Below the pieces are notes generated by a model that did not search any database, was not told the DNA's origin, and was given only the letters and a program-made list of their open reading frames with translations. Source: an uncultured virus (IMG/VR IMGVR_UViG_3300046008_001858) (lineage: Duplodnaviria > Heunggongvirae > Uroviricota > Caudoviricetes). From it: DNA of 64,000 nt. Of the stretch, positions 30,300-38,277 are shown piece by piece. Location of the stretch: the IMG/VR virus record IMGVR_UViG_3300046008_001858; one strand, given 5' to 3'. The stretch's first letter is position 1; every line of letters begins with the position of its first letter. The translations under genes and the position numbers were made by a program.

Positions 30300-31241
30300 A
30301 TGAACAATAAATTTAAAATAGCATTTTTCTTATCGATAGGATTAATGTTATTTTCAATATTTAATTATATATTAATTATTACTGGATCCACACTATGCAA
30401 GTCTGACGGATGTTCATTTGCGGGGACAATGATTTCTATAGATAAACAATATCTATACCTTTTAGGTGCCTTATTTGGATCATTAATGGGATATATATCA
30501 TATTTAATATCTGATCAAAACAAAGAAACAGAAAAGCTTCAAGAATTATGGAATGTATTAATTACAGGTGCATTGATTTTTGAATCTGCTATTTATCTTC
30601 ATTTATTTATAACAACAGGAACAGTTTGCGCAATTTGTACAATAATTTATGCATTAATTATATCAATGTTTTTAACTACAAGATCTATAATTTCATTCAT
30701 TCCAATAGTTTTAAGTATATTTCTTGCGTTAAGCTTAATGCAAACAACTAAAGTTAATTTTAAAGTAAATTCTCAATATACATTATTTCAATCAGAAACA
30801 TGTCCTCATTGTAAGAAAGTAAAAAATTATTTAAATGAACATTCAATAGTTTATTCTAAAGTAAATGCTCTTGATTCTGAGGCCTATACATTTCTTCAAA
30901 GCTTAAATATTTCTTCTATTCCTGTATTACTTGAAAAAACTAATAATGGATATAGAGTAATTGAAGGAGATAATAATATTATCAAATCATTTAAAGACAA
31001 AACTTCTAGTGTAGAAATAAAGCAAATTACTAAAGAAGAACCAAATCTCATACAACAAAAATTTTCAAATGAAACACCAATGATAACAAAAGAAAAAATT
31101 TTAGAGAGAGAAATCGGAAGAGCTAGTATAAATCCTAAATATATTGAAGAAAATCCATTATTCAATATAAAAGTTAATAATGAAGAAGGATGTCAAATAC
31201 AACAACAAACTCCTTGTGTAGATGAAAATAAAACAAATTAA
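30300..31241 (+). CDS. VKOR-like membrane domain fused to a glutaredoxin/thioredoxin domain
   Basis: C..DGC, membrane CAIC, soluble TCPHC and IPVL cis-Pro motif. Confidence 0.75.
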   Translation: MNNKFKIAFFLSIGLMLFSIFNYILIITGSTLCKSDGCSFAGTMISIDKQYLYLLGALFGSLMGYISYLISDQNKETEKLQELWNVLITGALIFESAIYLHLFITTGTVCAICTIIYALIISMFLTTRSIISFIPIVLSIFLALSLMQTTKVNFKVNSQYTLFQSETCPHCKKVKNYLNEHSIVYSKVNALDSEAYTFLQSLNISSIPVLLEKTNNGYRVIEGDNNIIKSFKDKTSSVEIKQITKEEPNLIQQKFSNETPMITKEKILEREIGRASINPKYIEENPLFNIKVNNEEGCQIQQQTPCVDENKTN

Positions 31242-31317
31242 ATCACTATTAATTAAATTTTATAAAAGTTAATTTATAAAGATATAATATTAAAAATAAT
31301 TATTAAAGAGGTATATT

Positions 31318-32268
31318 ATGAATTTTAAGATTATTAATTTAAGCTTAGTTTTTTCATCTATGTTATTTGGAAGTACATTTAATCCTTATGGTGTGCTTCC
31401 AAATGCTGTAAAATCAATTGATAACGGTGGCACTAAACCAGCAATCGATGCATATAAAGATGGTATTGGAGCTGAGTTAATTGATAAGCCTGGAGTTGCT
31501 ACAGACAATTCAGCAATGAATACTTTAGCTTTGAAATATGGTGAAGATGCTAAAATTAATAATACTACTATTCTTAATCAAGTAGTTAATGGGAATTCAA
31601 ACCCTACCGCTGCTGATTTAGCTCTAGCAAATAAATTAAATGCAAATGGAACATTTTGTAATGATAATATAGATTCTACATACAATGATATGTATATGAA
31701 TGGAGTATGTTCTGGAACACTTACAAAATCTTGTAAAGAACTTAAAGTCCTTATACCTTCTTCAGCAGATGGAATTTATAATATTTCATTAGATAATACA
31801 GAAGCTTCTTATCCTGTTTATTGTGATATGACAACCGATGGTGGTGGTTGGACTTTAATATTTAAACATAATATAAATGGTGGCTATTATTCAAATGCGA
31901 CTGCAAGATCTTTTAATGTTATGTCTCCAACTTCTAATCTTTATTCAATTTTAGATAAATTAGAAAATTTTAGAAAAGATGGAATATTTACATTGAAAAT
32001 AAATTGGCCTTTAAATAAATCAATTTATAATATATGGTCTCAAACATCTAATTTTACATCTCAGCCAGTAGCAGGATATACACCTATTAATATTCAAGCA
32101 ACAGAAAATTTATGGGGTGGATTGGAATATAATGGTGGAATTACATTTGCAGATGGAACTGTTAATCATGTAAATTGGTATTATTCAATTGGTTCAACTG
32201 GGGCTTGGAATAATGCAATACCTTCCAATAATTCAGCTGTAACTGAAGTTGATTTATGGGTAAAATAA
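31318..32268 (+). CDS. Secreted protein with fibrinogen-like C-terminal domain
   Basis: Signal peptide; SCKEL..DGIY..VYCDMTTDGGGWTL; N-terminus paralogous to the 14131 ORF. Confidence 0.8.
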   Translation: MNFKIINLSLVFSSMLFGSTFNPYGVLPNAVKSIDNGGTKPAIDAYKDGIGAELIDKPGVATDNSAMNTLALKYGEDAKINNTTILNQVVNGNSNPTAADLALANKLNANGTFCNDNIDSTYNDMYMNGVCSGTLTKSCKELKVLIPSSADGIYNISLDNTEASYPVYCDMTTDGGGWTLIFKHNINGGYYSNATARSFNVMSPTSNLYSILDKLENFRKDGIFTLKINWPLNKSIYNIWSQTSNFTSQPVAGYTPINIQATENLWGGLEYNGGITFADGTVNHVNWYYSIGSTGAWNNAIPSNNSAVTEVDLWVK

Positions 32269-32338
32269 TATATATGATAAAAGTTGTAATACAATATTCA
32301 ATAAATTTTAAAATATGGTTAAAATAAAAGGATTTTTT

Positions 32339-32776
32339 ATGATAGATAATGTTAAATATGTAAAAATTGAAGTAGCAGTTAGATATGACGAAGATGATAT
32401 TCCGAATAATTTTCCGTTTAGAAAAAATAATCTTTTAATTTTAACTGTAGAGCATCCATCTGGGAAAATTATTGGTTTCCCTATAGATTATATGTTTGAT
32501 CATGAATGGATGATCAATAATCTAGGAATTAAGACAACAGAAGATATTTTAAATACAAAAAGATTTCATTTAGGAATGAAAATAACAGATCAAGGCTCAT
32601 ATTATTTATTAGATGAAAATATGAATGAAATAGCAAGTATAGAAAATGATTATGTTCCAGATAGATATTCAATTCCTGGAGAATTTGGGGATTATTTAAA
32701 TTTTTATATAAATTTAGAAACTAGAATTATTGAAAATTGGTATGGTCAAAATTCAAGCTTTAAAGAATTTATTTAA
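32339..32776 (+). CDS. Hypothetical protein
   Basis: MKITDQGSYYL..DYVP..GDYL motif, RBS. Confidence 0.7.
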   Translation: MIDNVKYVKIEVAVRYDEDDIPNNFPFRKNNLLILTVEHPSGKIIGFPIDYMFDHEWMINNLGIKTTEDILNTKRFHLGMKITDQGSYYLLDENMNEIASIENDYVPDRYSIPGEFGDYLNFYINLETRIIENWYGQNSSFKEFI

Positions 32777-32858
32777 ATTATTTTCTTAATAATAGCTTAA
32801 AGTAAAAAGTTTTATAATTTAATAAATTATAACAGTAATTATTACTTAGGAGCTTTTT

Positions 32859-33719
32859 ATGAAAAAAATTATTAAAACGTATAATGAACATAAATTAAGC
32901 ATTCATTTTTATTTAAAAGGTGTAATAAATCACTTTAAAACTGATAAGAATGATTTGAATTCATTGCAGCATATTATTAATACAGATAAATCAATTGAAA
33001 TTATTTATTTTGTAAATAATGATTATCAACAAATAACCCCATCTATTTTTAGAAATTTTATGGATAATGATAGAATTGGTGTTGATAAATCATATTATTT
33101 TAACATTATAAATTTCACGAAAGAAACTATTCAGATTAGTAATCCTTATTTACATTACAATACAGGAAGGCCAACTCTAACTTTAACAAAAAAAGAAGAT
33201 AATGGATATATAGTTATTGATTTTGATTTAATAAGATTATTAGAAGAATTAAGATTAATAGATCACAATAGCTTATTTTATAAAATAAATTCAACTATTG
33301 TAAGCTCTTCAGGTTTTATCTTAGGATTAGTATCATTATTTTTAATTTTTTACGGTATTTATATTTTTATAAATATGTTATTTTATTGGAATGCAGAAGA
33401 AGTCTTTCATAAAATATTTTCATCTATAATTTCTATTACTATAGGAATAGCTATATATGATTTAGCAAAAACATTTATCGAACAAGAAGTTATTTTTAAT
33501 AAAATGAATTATTCCAGTATTTCTCAGTCAGACATTTTAATTAAATTTCTAAATTCAATAATTATTGCTTTATCGATAGAATCTTTAATGGCAGTATTTA
33601 AAATTGTTTTATCAAATCCTGAACACATGATAAATGCCTTTTATCTTATATTAGGAGATACTTTATTAATATTAGGAACAGGGCTTTACATTTTTTTAAG
33701 TAGATATAATAAAAAATAG
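32859..33719 (+). CDS. PDC/Cache-like sensor domain fused to a 4-TM PsiE-like domain
   Basis: DKSYYF..ISNPY sensor-like part; IAIYDLAKT..E..IALSIESL membrane part. Confidence 0.65.
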   Translation: MKKIIKTYNEHKLSIHFYLKGVINHFKTDKNDLNSLQHIINTDKSIEIIYFVNNDYQQITPSIFRNFMDNDRIGVDKSYYFNIINFTKETIQISNPYLHYNTGRPTLTLTKKEDNGYIVIDFDLIRLLEELRLIDHNSLFYKINSTIVSSSGFILGLVSLFLIFYGIYIFINMLFYWNAEEVFHKIFSSIISITIGIAIYDLAKTFIEQEVIFNKMNYSSISQSDILIKFLNSIIIALSIESLMAVFKIVLSNPEHMINAFYLILGDTLLILGTGLYIFLSRYNKK

Positions 33720-33746
33720 TTAAAATTCTTACAGTTTTTAATAAAA

Positions 33747-33770
33747 TTTTAAGTTTAATATGTTATACTT
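33747..33770 (+). promoter_or_regulatory. Putative promoter of the leader/tRNA array
   Basis: TTTTAAG followed by TGTTATACT (extended -10), same layout as other promoters in the window. Confidence 0.55.
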
Positions 33771-33941
33771 CTGGTATCAAAAGGTAAAATATATCTTTTG
33801 TGGCTATAGAGAATAAATATGTTGTTTATGTCTCCATTTCTAAAGTAGTTTGGCAGATCCGTCATTCGAAACTAGAGAAGGATCATTTACAATATATTTA
33901 TTTTCTATAAAAAAATAAATATAAAATAAAAGGAGAATCAA

Positions 33942-34028
33942 ATGAAAACTGTTCAATCATATCAACCGTATCAGTATCAGCCGCAACATAGTGGCCATGG
34001 CCGTTCTCCTATGGAGAGAGATAGTTAA
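33942..34028 (+). CDS. Leader peptide 1, MKTVQSYQPYQYQPQHSGHGRSPMERDS
   Basis: AAGGAG RBS; Tyr/Gln/Pro/His-rich; followed by hairpins and a terminator. Confidence 0.75.
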   Translation: MKTVQSYQPYQYQPQHSGHGRSPMERDS

Positions 34029-34056
34029 TTCTATCTTTTTTCATAACAAATCTCTT

Positions 34057-34110
34057 AAGGGGGGATTTGGAGAAGGTCTTAGGATCTAATCCAAGTCTCC
34101 CCTTTTTTTT
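34057..34110 (+). terminator. Intrinsic terminator (attenuator 1)
   Basis: AAGGGGGGATTTGGA/TCCAAGTCTCCCCTT stem followed by a T-run. Confidence 0.85.
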
Positions 34111-34267
34111 GGTCTATAAAATAGGGTTTTTGAATATTTAAATGTTCAATTTAGATTTTTGAATATAAATATATTCAATTTAATATAAAAATAAATAACA
34201 ACAAACACGCAGTGTGTGCATTCGTAAGAATACGAAGTAGGCATTAGCGAAACAGGAGAAAATTGAA

Positions 34268-34342
34268 ATGCAAACTTTAACTTATCAATATCAGCATAGC
34301 TATCAACCCCAACATCCTAGTTGTAGGAGAACTCTCATGTGA
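34268..34342 (+). CDS. Leader peptide 2, MQTLTYQYQHSYQPQHPSCRRTLM
   Basis: AGGAG RBS; shares YQPQH with leader 1. Confidence 0.75.
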   Translation: MQTLTYQYQHSYQPQHPSCRRTLM

Positions 34343-34384
34343 CTTTTTTTAAGGTCATAACCCAGAAAAACTGAAAAAGTTTTT

Positions 34385-34436
34385 AAGGGGAAGGAAAGAG
34401 AGATCTTCGTAGATTTTTCTTCCTTCCCCTTTTTTT
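34385..34436 (+). terminator. Intrinsic terminator (attenuator 2)
   Basis: AAGGGGAAGGAA..TTCCTTCCCCTT long stem followed by a T-run. Confidence 0.85.
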
Positions 34437-34640
34437 ATGCTTTAAATAGTACAAAAAAGGTATTTTTGTCGAAAGATGAGAAGTATTTACTGAGTAATTA
34501 TTTATTAGGTGATAACACCGACAGCTGGTGGTTATTGATAATAAATAATAAAAAGATGAATAAAGAAAATTATTTAGTAGAACAAGTGAATTACGTAATA
34601 AACTTGAAATACCTGTTTTGTGCTATTTATAGCAATATAT

Positions 34641-34732
34641 GCTGAATTTCCCTCTCGACTGAATACGTAAATCGGTTGACTTTAAACAGAGAGGTGGTTA
34701 GTCGAAAGGTTAAATTCCTTAAGGAGGCACCA
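34641..34732 (+). ncRNA. Pseudoknotted tRNA-like RNA, divergent copy
   Basis: CCTCTC/GAGAGG, ACTGA/TCGGT, GACT/AGTC, 4-bp T stem, ACCA end. Confidence 0.6.
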
Positions 34733-34738
34733 AATTAT

Positions 34739-34832
34739 GTATTTCTTTCCTTCTACTCGGCTGTAACCCGAGCGTCTAAAAAACGGAGGGGTAGTATTAA
34801 GACAGGAGGTGCAAGTCCTCGGAAATACACCA
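34739..34832 (+). ncRNA. Pseudoknotted 8/4 tRNA-Tyr(GTA)-like RNA
   Basis: 8-bp acceptor, CTCGG-CT-GTA-AC-CCGAG, 4-bp T stem, ACCA; no conventional D arm. Confidence 0.7.
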
Positions 34833-34843
34833 AAGATTATTAT

Positions 34844-34937
34844 GGGTCTCTTTCCTTCCACTCGGCTGTAACCCGAGCGTCTCAAATACGGAGGGGTAGT
34901 ATTAAGACAGGCTGTGCAAGTCAGCGGGGGCCCACCA
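34844..34937 (+). ncRNA. Pseudoknotted 8/4 tRNA-Tyr(GTA)-like RNA
   Basis: Same core as the 34739 copy with covarying acceptor and T stems. Confidence 0.7.
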
Positions 34938-34940
34938 AAT

Positions 34941-35025
34941 GGAGATGTCGTATAGAGACCGATTACAGCAGCCTGTAAAGCTGCCGCCTACAGCCGCCTT
35001 GGTTTGAATCCAAGCGTCTCCACCA
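34941..35025 (+). tRNA. tRNA-Tyr(GTA)
   Basis: GCAGC-CT-GTA-AA-GCTGC, long variable region, ACCA. Confidence 0.85.
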
Positions 35026-35034
35026 TTATTATAT

Positions 35035-35112
35035 CTGGGTGTAACGTGAATGGTTATAACGTGCTCCTTTGGAAGGAGGGACATGTGGGTTCGAGTCCCA
35101 CCGCTCAGACCA
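35035..35112 (+). tRNA. tRNA-Pro(TGG)
   Basis: C1-G72, A73, CTCC-TT-TGG-AA-GGAG, CCA. Confidence 0.8.
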
Positions 35113-35122
35113 AAATTATAAA

Positions 35123-35197
35123 TGATAATATAGCTCAAAGAATAGAGTACCATGAACGGTCGTGGAGATTTTGGTGTAATTCCAGATATTGTCAACA
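35123..35197 (+). pseudogene. tRNA-like gene without a canonical anticodon loop
   Basis: Acceptor, D and T-like stems present; anticodon arm CCATGA-ACGG-TCGTGG. Confidence 0.5.
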
Positions 35198-35256
35198 AAA
35201 AAAAGCTTTTCTAAAGAAATAAGTTAGCGCTGATTTAAATTTCTTTAGTTATTTAT

Positions 35257-35331
35257 CTAGCTGTTGGAAAGTGGTAATCCGCTTGATTTGGGATCAAGAG
35301 ACCGTGAGTTCGAATCTCACCAGTTAGACCA
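35257..35331 (+). tRNA. tRNA-Pro(TGG)
   Basis: CTTGA-TT-TGG-GA-TCAAG, C1-G72, ACCA. Confidence 0.9.
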
Positions 35332-35342
35332 AAATTATATTT

Positions 35343-35429
35343 GTATCGGTAGAACGTAAGTGGAAGCGTGCAGGTCTGTAAAACCTGAGTCTATTGGCCT
35401 TGAAAGTTCGATCCTTTCCCGATGCACCA
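35343..35429 (+). tRNA. tRNA-Tyr(GTA)
   Basis: CAGGT-CT-GTA-AA-ACCTG, variable arm, ACCA. Confidence 0.88.
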
Positions 35430-35439
35430 GAATAAATAT

Positions 35440-35516
35440 TGCGAAGTGGAGAAATTGGTGTCTCAACGTCCTTTGAAGTCGTAAACATGCAGGTTCGAAT
35501 CCTGCCTTCGCAGCCA
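35440..35516 (+). tRNA. tRNA-Gln(TTG)
   Basis: U1-A72, G73, CT-TTG-AA loop, CCA. Confidence 0.85.
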
Positions 35517-35525
35517 AACCAAATA

Positions 35526-35598
35526 TGCTCTTATCATCTAACGGTAGGATTTCGGCCATTTGTGCCGACCATGTCAGTTCAAGTCTGACTAAGAGCAA
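35526..35598 (+). tRNA. Atypical tRNA-like gene (loop CATTTGT), copy 2
   Basis: Near-identical to 957-1029; TCGGC/GCCGA stem. Confidence 0.6.
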
Positions 35599-35606
35599 CT
35601 AAAAAT

Positions 35607-35681
35607 GTGGCTTGTAGCTTAATGGATTAAAGCATCTCTTTGTGGCAGAGAATACTGGGTTCGATTCCCACGGTCACCCCA
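35607..35681 (+). tRNA. tRNA-His(GTG)
   Basis: TCTCT-TT-GTG-GC-AGAGA, C73, CCA. Confidence 0.78.
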
Positions 35682-35687
35682 TAATAT

Positions 35688-35773
35688 TGCGAAGTAAACG
35701 AATTGGTAGAGTTACGGGTCTTTGAAACCCGAGTCTTAGGACAGTGTAGGTTCGAAGCCTACCTTCGCAGCCA
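35688..35773 (+). tRNA. tRNA-Gln(TTG) with long variable arm
   Basis: CGGGT-CT-TTG-AA-ACCCG, GTC-TTAG-GAC variable hairpin, GCCA. Confidence 0.82.
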
Positions 35774-35821
35774 AAAGATAATAAAGAAGAGATTTCTTTA
35801 CAGAAAAGTTAAAGTATGAAT

Positions 35822-35890
35822 ATCTATTTAGTTTAATGGTAAAACAAGCTCAGAAGAGCTAGATGTTGGTTCGAGTCCAACAATAGGAAC
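35822..35890 (+). pseudogene. tRNA-like gene with 4-nt anticodon loop
   Basis: D arm GTTTAATGGTAAAAC, AGCTC-AGAA-GAGCT, T arm GTTGG-TTCGAGT-CCAAC. Confidence 0.55.
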
Positions 35891-35989
35891 TCCTTATTCA
35901 GAAAAACTTAGTAAGTCTAGAAAGAATGTGGGAGCATTCAAAAAACTAGAGAAATCTGCTCTTTGTTATCTTAAAATAACAAAAATTAT

Positions 35990-36063
35990 AACTCTTTCGT
36001 CTAGCGGTAGGACATTTGGTTTTGGACCAAAGAACTCAGGTTCGAATCCTGATAGAGTTTCCA
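35990..36063 (+). tRNA. tRNA-Gln(TTG)
   Basis: TTTGG-TT-TTG-GA-CCAAA, canonical T arm, CCA. Confidence 0.8.
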
Positions 36064-36198
36064 AAATATACAATAGTATGTATAAAGTCATATATTTTCT
36101 ATTAAGGCTTACATTAGTAAGTTTTAAGTGTGAATATATCTAATTAGATATTTTACATGTTATATATACCGATAAGAGATCTAAAAAGATATTTTATC

Positions 36199-36275
36199 GG
36201 TGTCTATAATCTAATGGCTAAGAGACTTGACTATGAATCAAGGACATCTCGGTTCGAATCCGAGTGGGCACACCA
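36199..36275 (+). tRNA. tRNA with ATG anticodon (His CAU decoder)
   Basis: CTTGA-CT-ATG-AA-TCAAG, full cloverleaf, ACCA. Confidence 0.8.
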
Positions 36276-36287
36276 AATTTCTAAAAT

Positions 36288-36363
36288 ATGTACAGAATAA
36301 ATAAACCTCCTCGTGGTTGTACATGGATACTTATATATTAATATATAAGGCTAATATGTTTAT
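36288..36363 (+). ncRNA. HDV-like self-cleaving ribozyme
   Basis: P1 ATGTACA/TGTACAT, P3 ACC-TCCTCGT-GGT, P1.1 GG, P4 hairpin, J4/2 GCTAA, P2 ATAAATA/TGTTTAT. Confidence 0.75.
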
Positions 36364-36371
36364 ATAAATAT

Positions 36372-36443
36372 GTGGTTCGTAGCATAAAGGTAATGCGCTA
36401 GATTGTGGCTCTAGATAAGAGGGATCAATACCCTTCGTTCCAA
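36372..36443 (+). tRNA. tRNA-His(GTG), degenerate
   Basis: CTAGA-TT-GTG-GC-TCTAG; imperfect acceptor and T loop; no CCA. Confidence 0.6.
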
Positions 36444-36444
36444 C

Positions 36445-36518
36445 GGGAATAAAGCTCTTTGGAGAGCGCTAGGAAGAGGTTCTTAGAGGATTTGGTTCGA
36501 TTCCAAATATTCTCAACC
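36445..36518 (+). pseudogene. tRNA-like gene without a canonical anticodon loop
   Basis: GGGAATA/TATTCTC acceptor, T arm TTTGG-TTCGATT-CCAAA, CTAGGAA-GAGG-TTCTTAG arm. Confidence 0.5.
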
Positions 36519-36759
36519 TAAAAATACTTCAATTAATAAATCACACAAAAATAATTTTTTATCTTAAAGATAATCAAACTATTCTCACCAACTTGTGTAA
36601 GTTGGTAGAGTAGCTTAGTTAAATAATAGCCATTATATATAAAAATGGGAAAATGACAATAAATGCACCTACACTCAACATTAGATTCATTGAAGAAATA
36701 ATTAAATCCATAACAAACTCCCTTATTCGCTAACGCTTATTAAGCACTGCGTGTTTTTT

Positions 36760-37128
36760 TTAAAGTTCCAAAATAAATTCCATAGCTTTAAACACCGCTT
36801 CTGGTTCTGTATCAGCATAAAAATGTGTCTTAATAAAAGATCCATGAGTCCAGCAATGCCATTCTCCAGATTCATCTTTATTACTTGCTAACCAAAAATA
36901 TGTTTTTGCACCAACTTTTACGTCAATACCATTAAAAGCAAATTCTTTACAAAGACTTGCTAACTCATGAAGATTTAATCCCTTTGGATATTGTTTTGCA
37001 TTTTCATAAGCAGGCTCACCTTTATCCCAACCATATTGAGTAAGAACCCAAAAACTGTTATCACTCGGATCAATATATGGAATACATTCGAACCCAAGAA
37101 CTGCACTTAATACTTTAGCGGTAATCAT
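36760..37128 (-). CDS. Hypothetical protein, tandem paralog family
   Basis: LHELA..CKE.A..EAVFKAMEFI motif shared by 5 adjacent ORFs. Confidence 0.8.
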   Translation of the reverse strand: MITAKVLSAVLGFECIPYIDPSDNSFWVLTQYGWDKGEPAYENAKQYPKGLNLHELASLCKEFAFNGIDVKVGAKTYFWLASNKDESGEWHCWTHGSFIKTHFYADTEPEAVFKAMEFILEL

Positions 37129-37502
37129 TTTTGATCCTTTAAACTTTTTAAAACAAATTCACAAGCCATAAAAATAGCTTCTGGTATTGTGTCATTAATG
37201 AATTTTTCACTAATATCATAACTTTTTAATAAATCTGCTCTCGCTTTTTTATTGTAAAAATAACCTTGAACAATATATCCATAAGAATAAGCCCACTCTT
37301 GACACTTATGAGCTAACTCATAAATATTAATCTCTCCATCGTACATAATCGATGTATGATTAATACAACCATCTGAAAAGTTATATTTAATTGAGTTATC
37401 CTCAACTTTAATTCTTACAATTCGAGAAATATATGATTCCCCATCGTAAGACGAAATAGTTTCTTTTCCTATTACCACTGTAATTAGATCTAAACTAATC
37501 AT
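37125..37502 (-). CDS. Hypothetical protein, tandem paralog family
   Basis: IYELAHKCQEWA..EAIFMACEFV. Confidence 0.8.
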   Translation of the reverse strand: MISLDLITVVIGKETISSYDGESYISRIVRIKVEDNSIKYNFSDGCINHTSIMYDGEINIYELAHKCQEWAYSYGYIVQGYFYNKKARADLLKSYDISEKFINDTIPEAIFMACEFVLKSLKDQK

Positions 37503-37840
37503 GACTCATCCTTTATAAGATTTAAAATAAATTCACCAGATTTAAAAATTGCTTCATATTCATACTTATCTGAATCTAAACTGACAATAGATCTATGAAG
37601 CGATTTAGCTGTTGAATTAAACTTATCTTTACATGCAATTTCAGTGGAAATAATATATCCATTTTCATAAGCCCAAATTTTACATTTGTTTGCCAATTCA
37701 TGAAGATTGAGACCTTCAGGATATTTCTTGCCATTAAATTTTTGCCAACCAAATTCAGTACAAACAAGTAAAGAATTATCTTCTTTAATTTCTGTATATT
37801 TTGGACCGAGTATAGCAATTAATAATTTACTTGTAATCAT
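37499..37840 (-). CDS. Hypothetical protein, tandem paralog family
   Basis: LHELANKCKIWA..EAIFKSGEFI. Confidence 0.8.
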   Translation of the reverse strand: MITSKLLIAILGPKYTEIKEDNSLLVCTEFGWQKFNGKKYPEGLNLHELANKCKIWAYENGYIISTEIACKDKFNSTAKSLHRSIVSLDSDKYEYEAIFKSGEFILNLIKDES

Positions 37841-38277
37841 TTCTGATCCTTTTCTATTTGATCAAAAATCCATTCACAAGCTTTAAAGATTGCATCTATA
37901 TAAGTTTTCTCTCTTATTAGATACTCTTGTGACACATGCCATTCTTCTTTACCGCCTTGTATCACTTCATTAATATTTAGCAAATTCATTTTTAAATTAA
38001 CGTAACATGTAACAAGATCTTTGTTAACACTTATTGTTAAATTTTTATGATATTCTTTAGCCCACTCTTGACATTTATGAGCTAATTCATGAATATTAAT
38101 ACCATTTGGATATTCTTCTGAATTTTTATAAGCAGGATCGCCTTTTTTAAAACCAAATTCATCTCTATTAAAAAAGAAATTTTTATTTGGTACAAGAATC
38201 CAAAAACTACCGTCATCTTCAATGTACGGTATACATTCAAACCCAAGCACTGCGCTTAGTACATTATTATTAATCAT
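37837..38277 (-). CDS. Hypothetical protein, tandem paralog family
   Basis: IHELAHKCQEWA..DAIFKACEWI. Confidence 0.8.
   Translation of the reverse strand: MINNNVLSAVLGFECIPYIEDDGSFWILVPNKNFFFNRDEFGFKKGDPAYKNSEEYPNGINIHELAHKCQEWAKEYHKNLTISVNKDLVTCYVNLKMNLLNINEVIQGGKEEWHVSQEYLIREKTYIDAIFKACEWIFDQIEKDQK

Noticed and set aside
34739..34937. Direct repeat as a possible CRISPR array
   Set aside because: Long tRNA-like units ending in CCA, no repeat-spacer periodicity and no cas genes.
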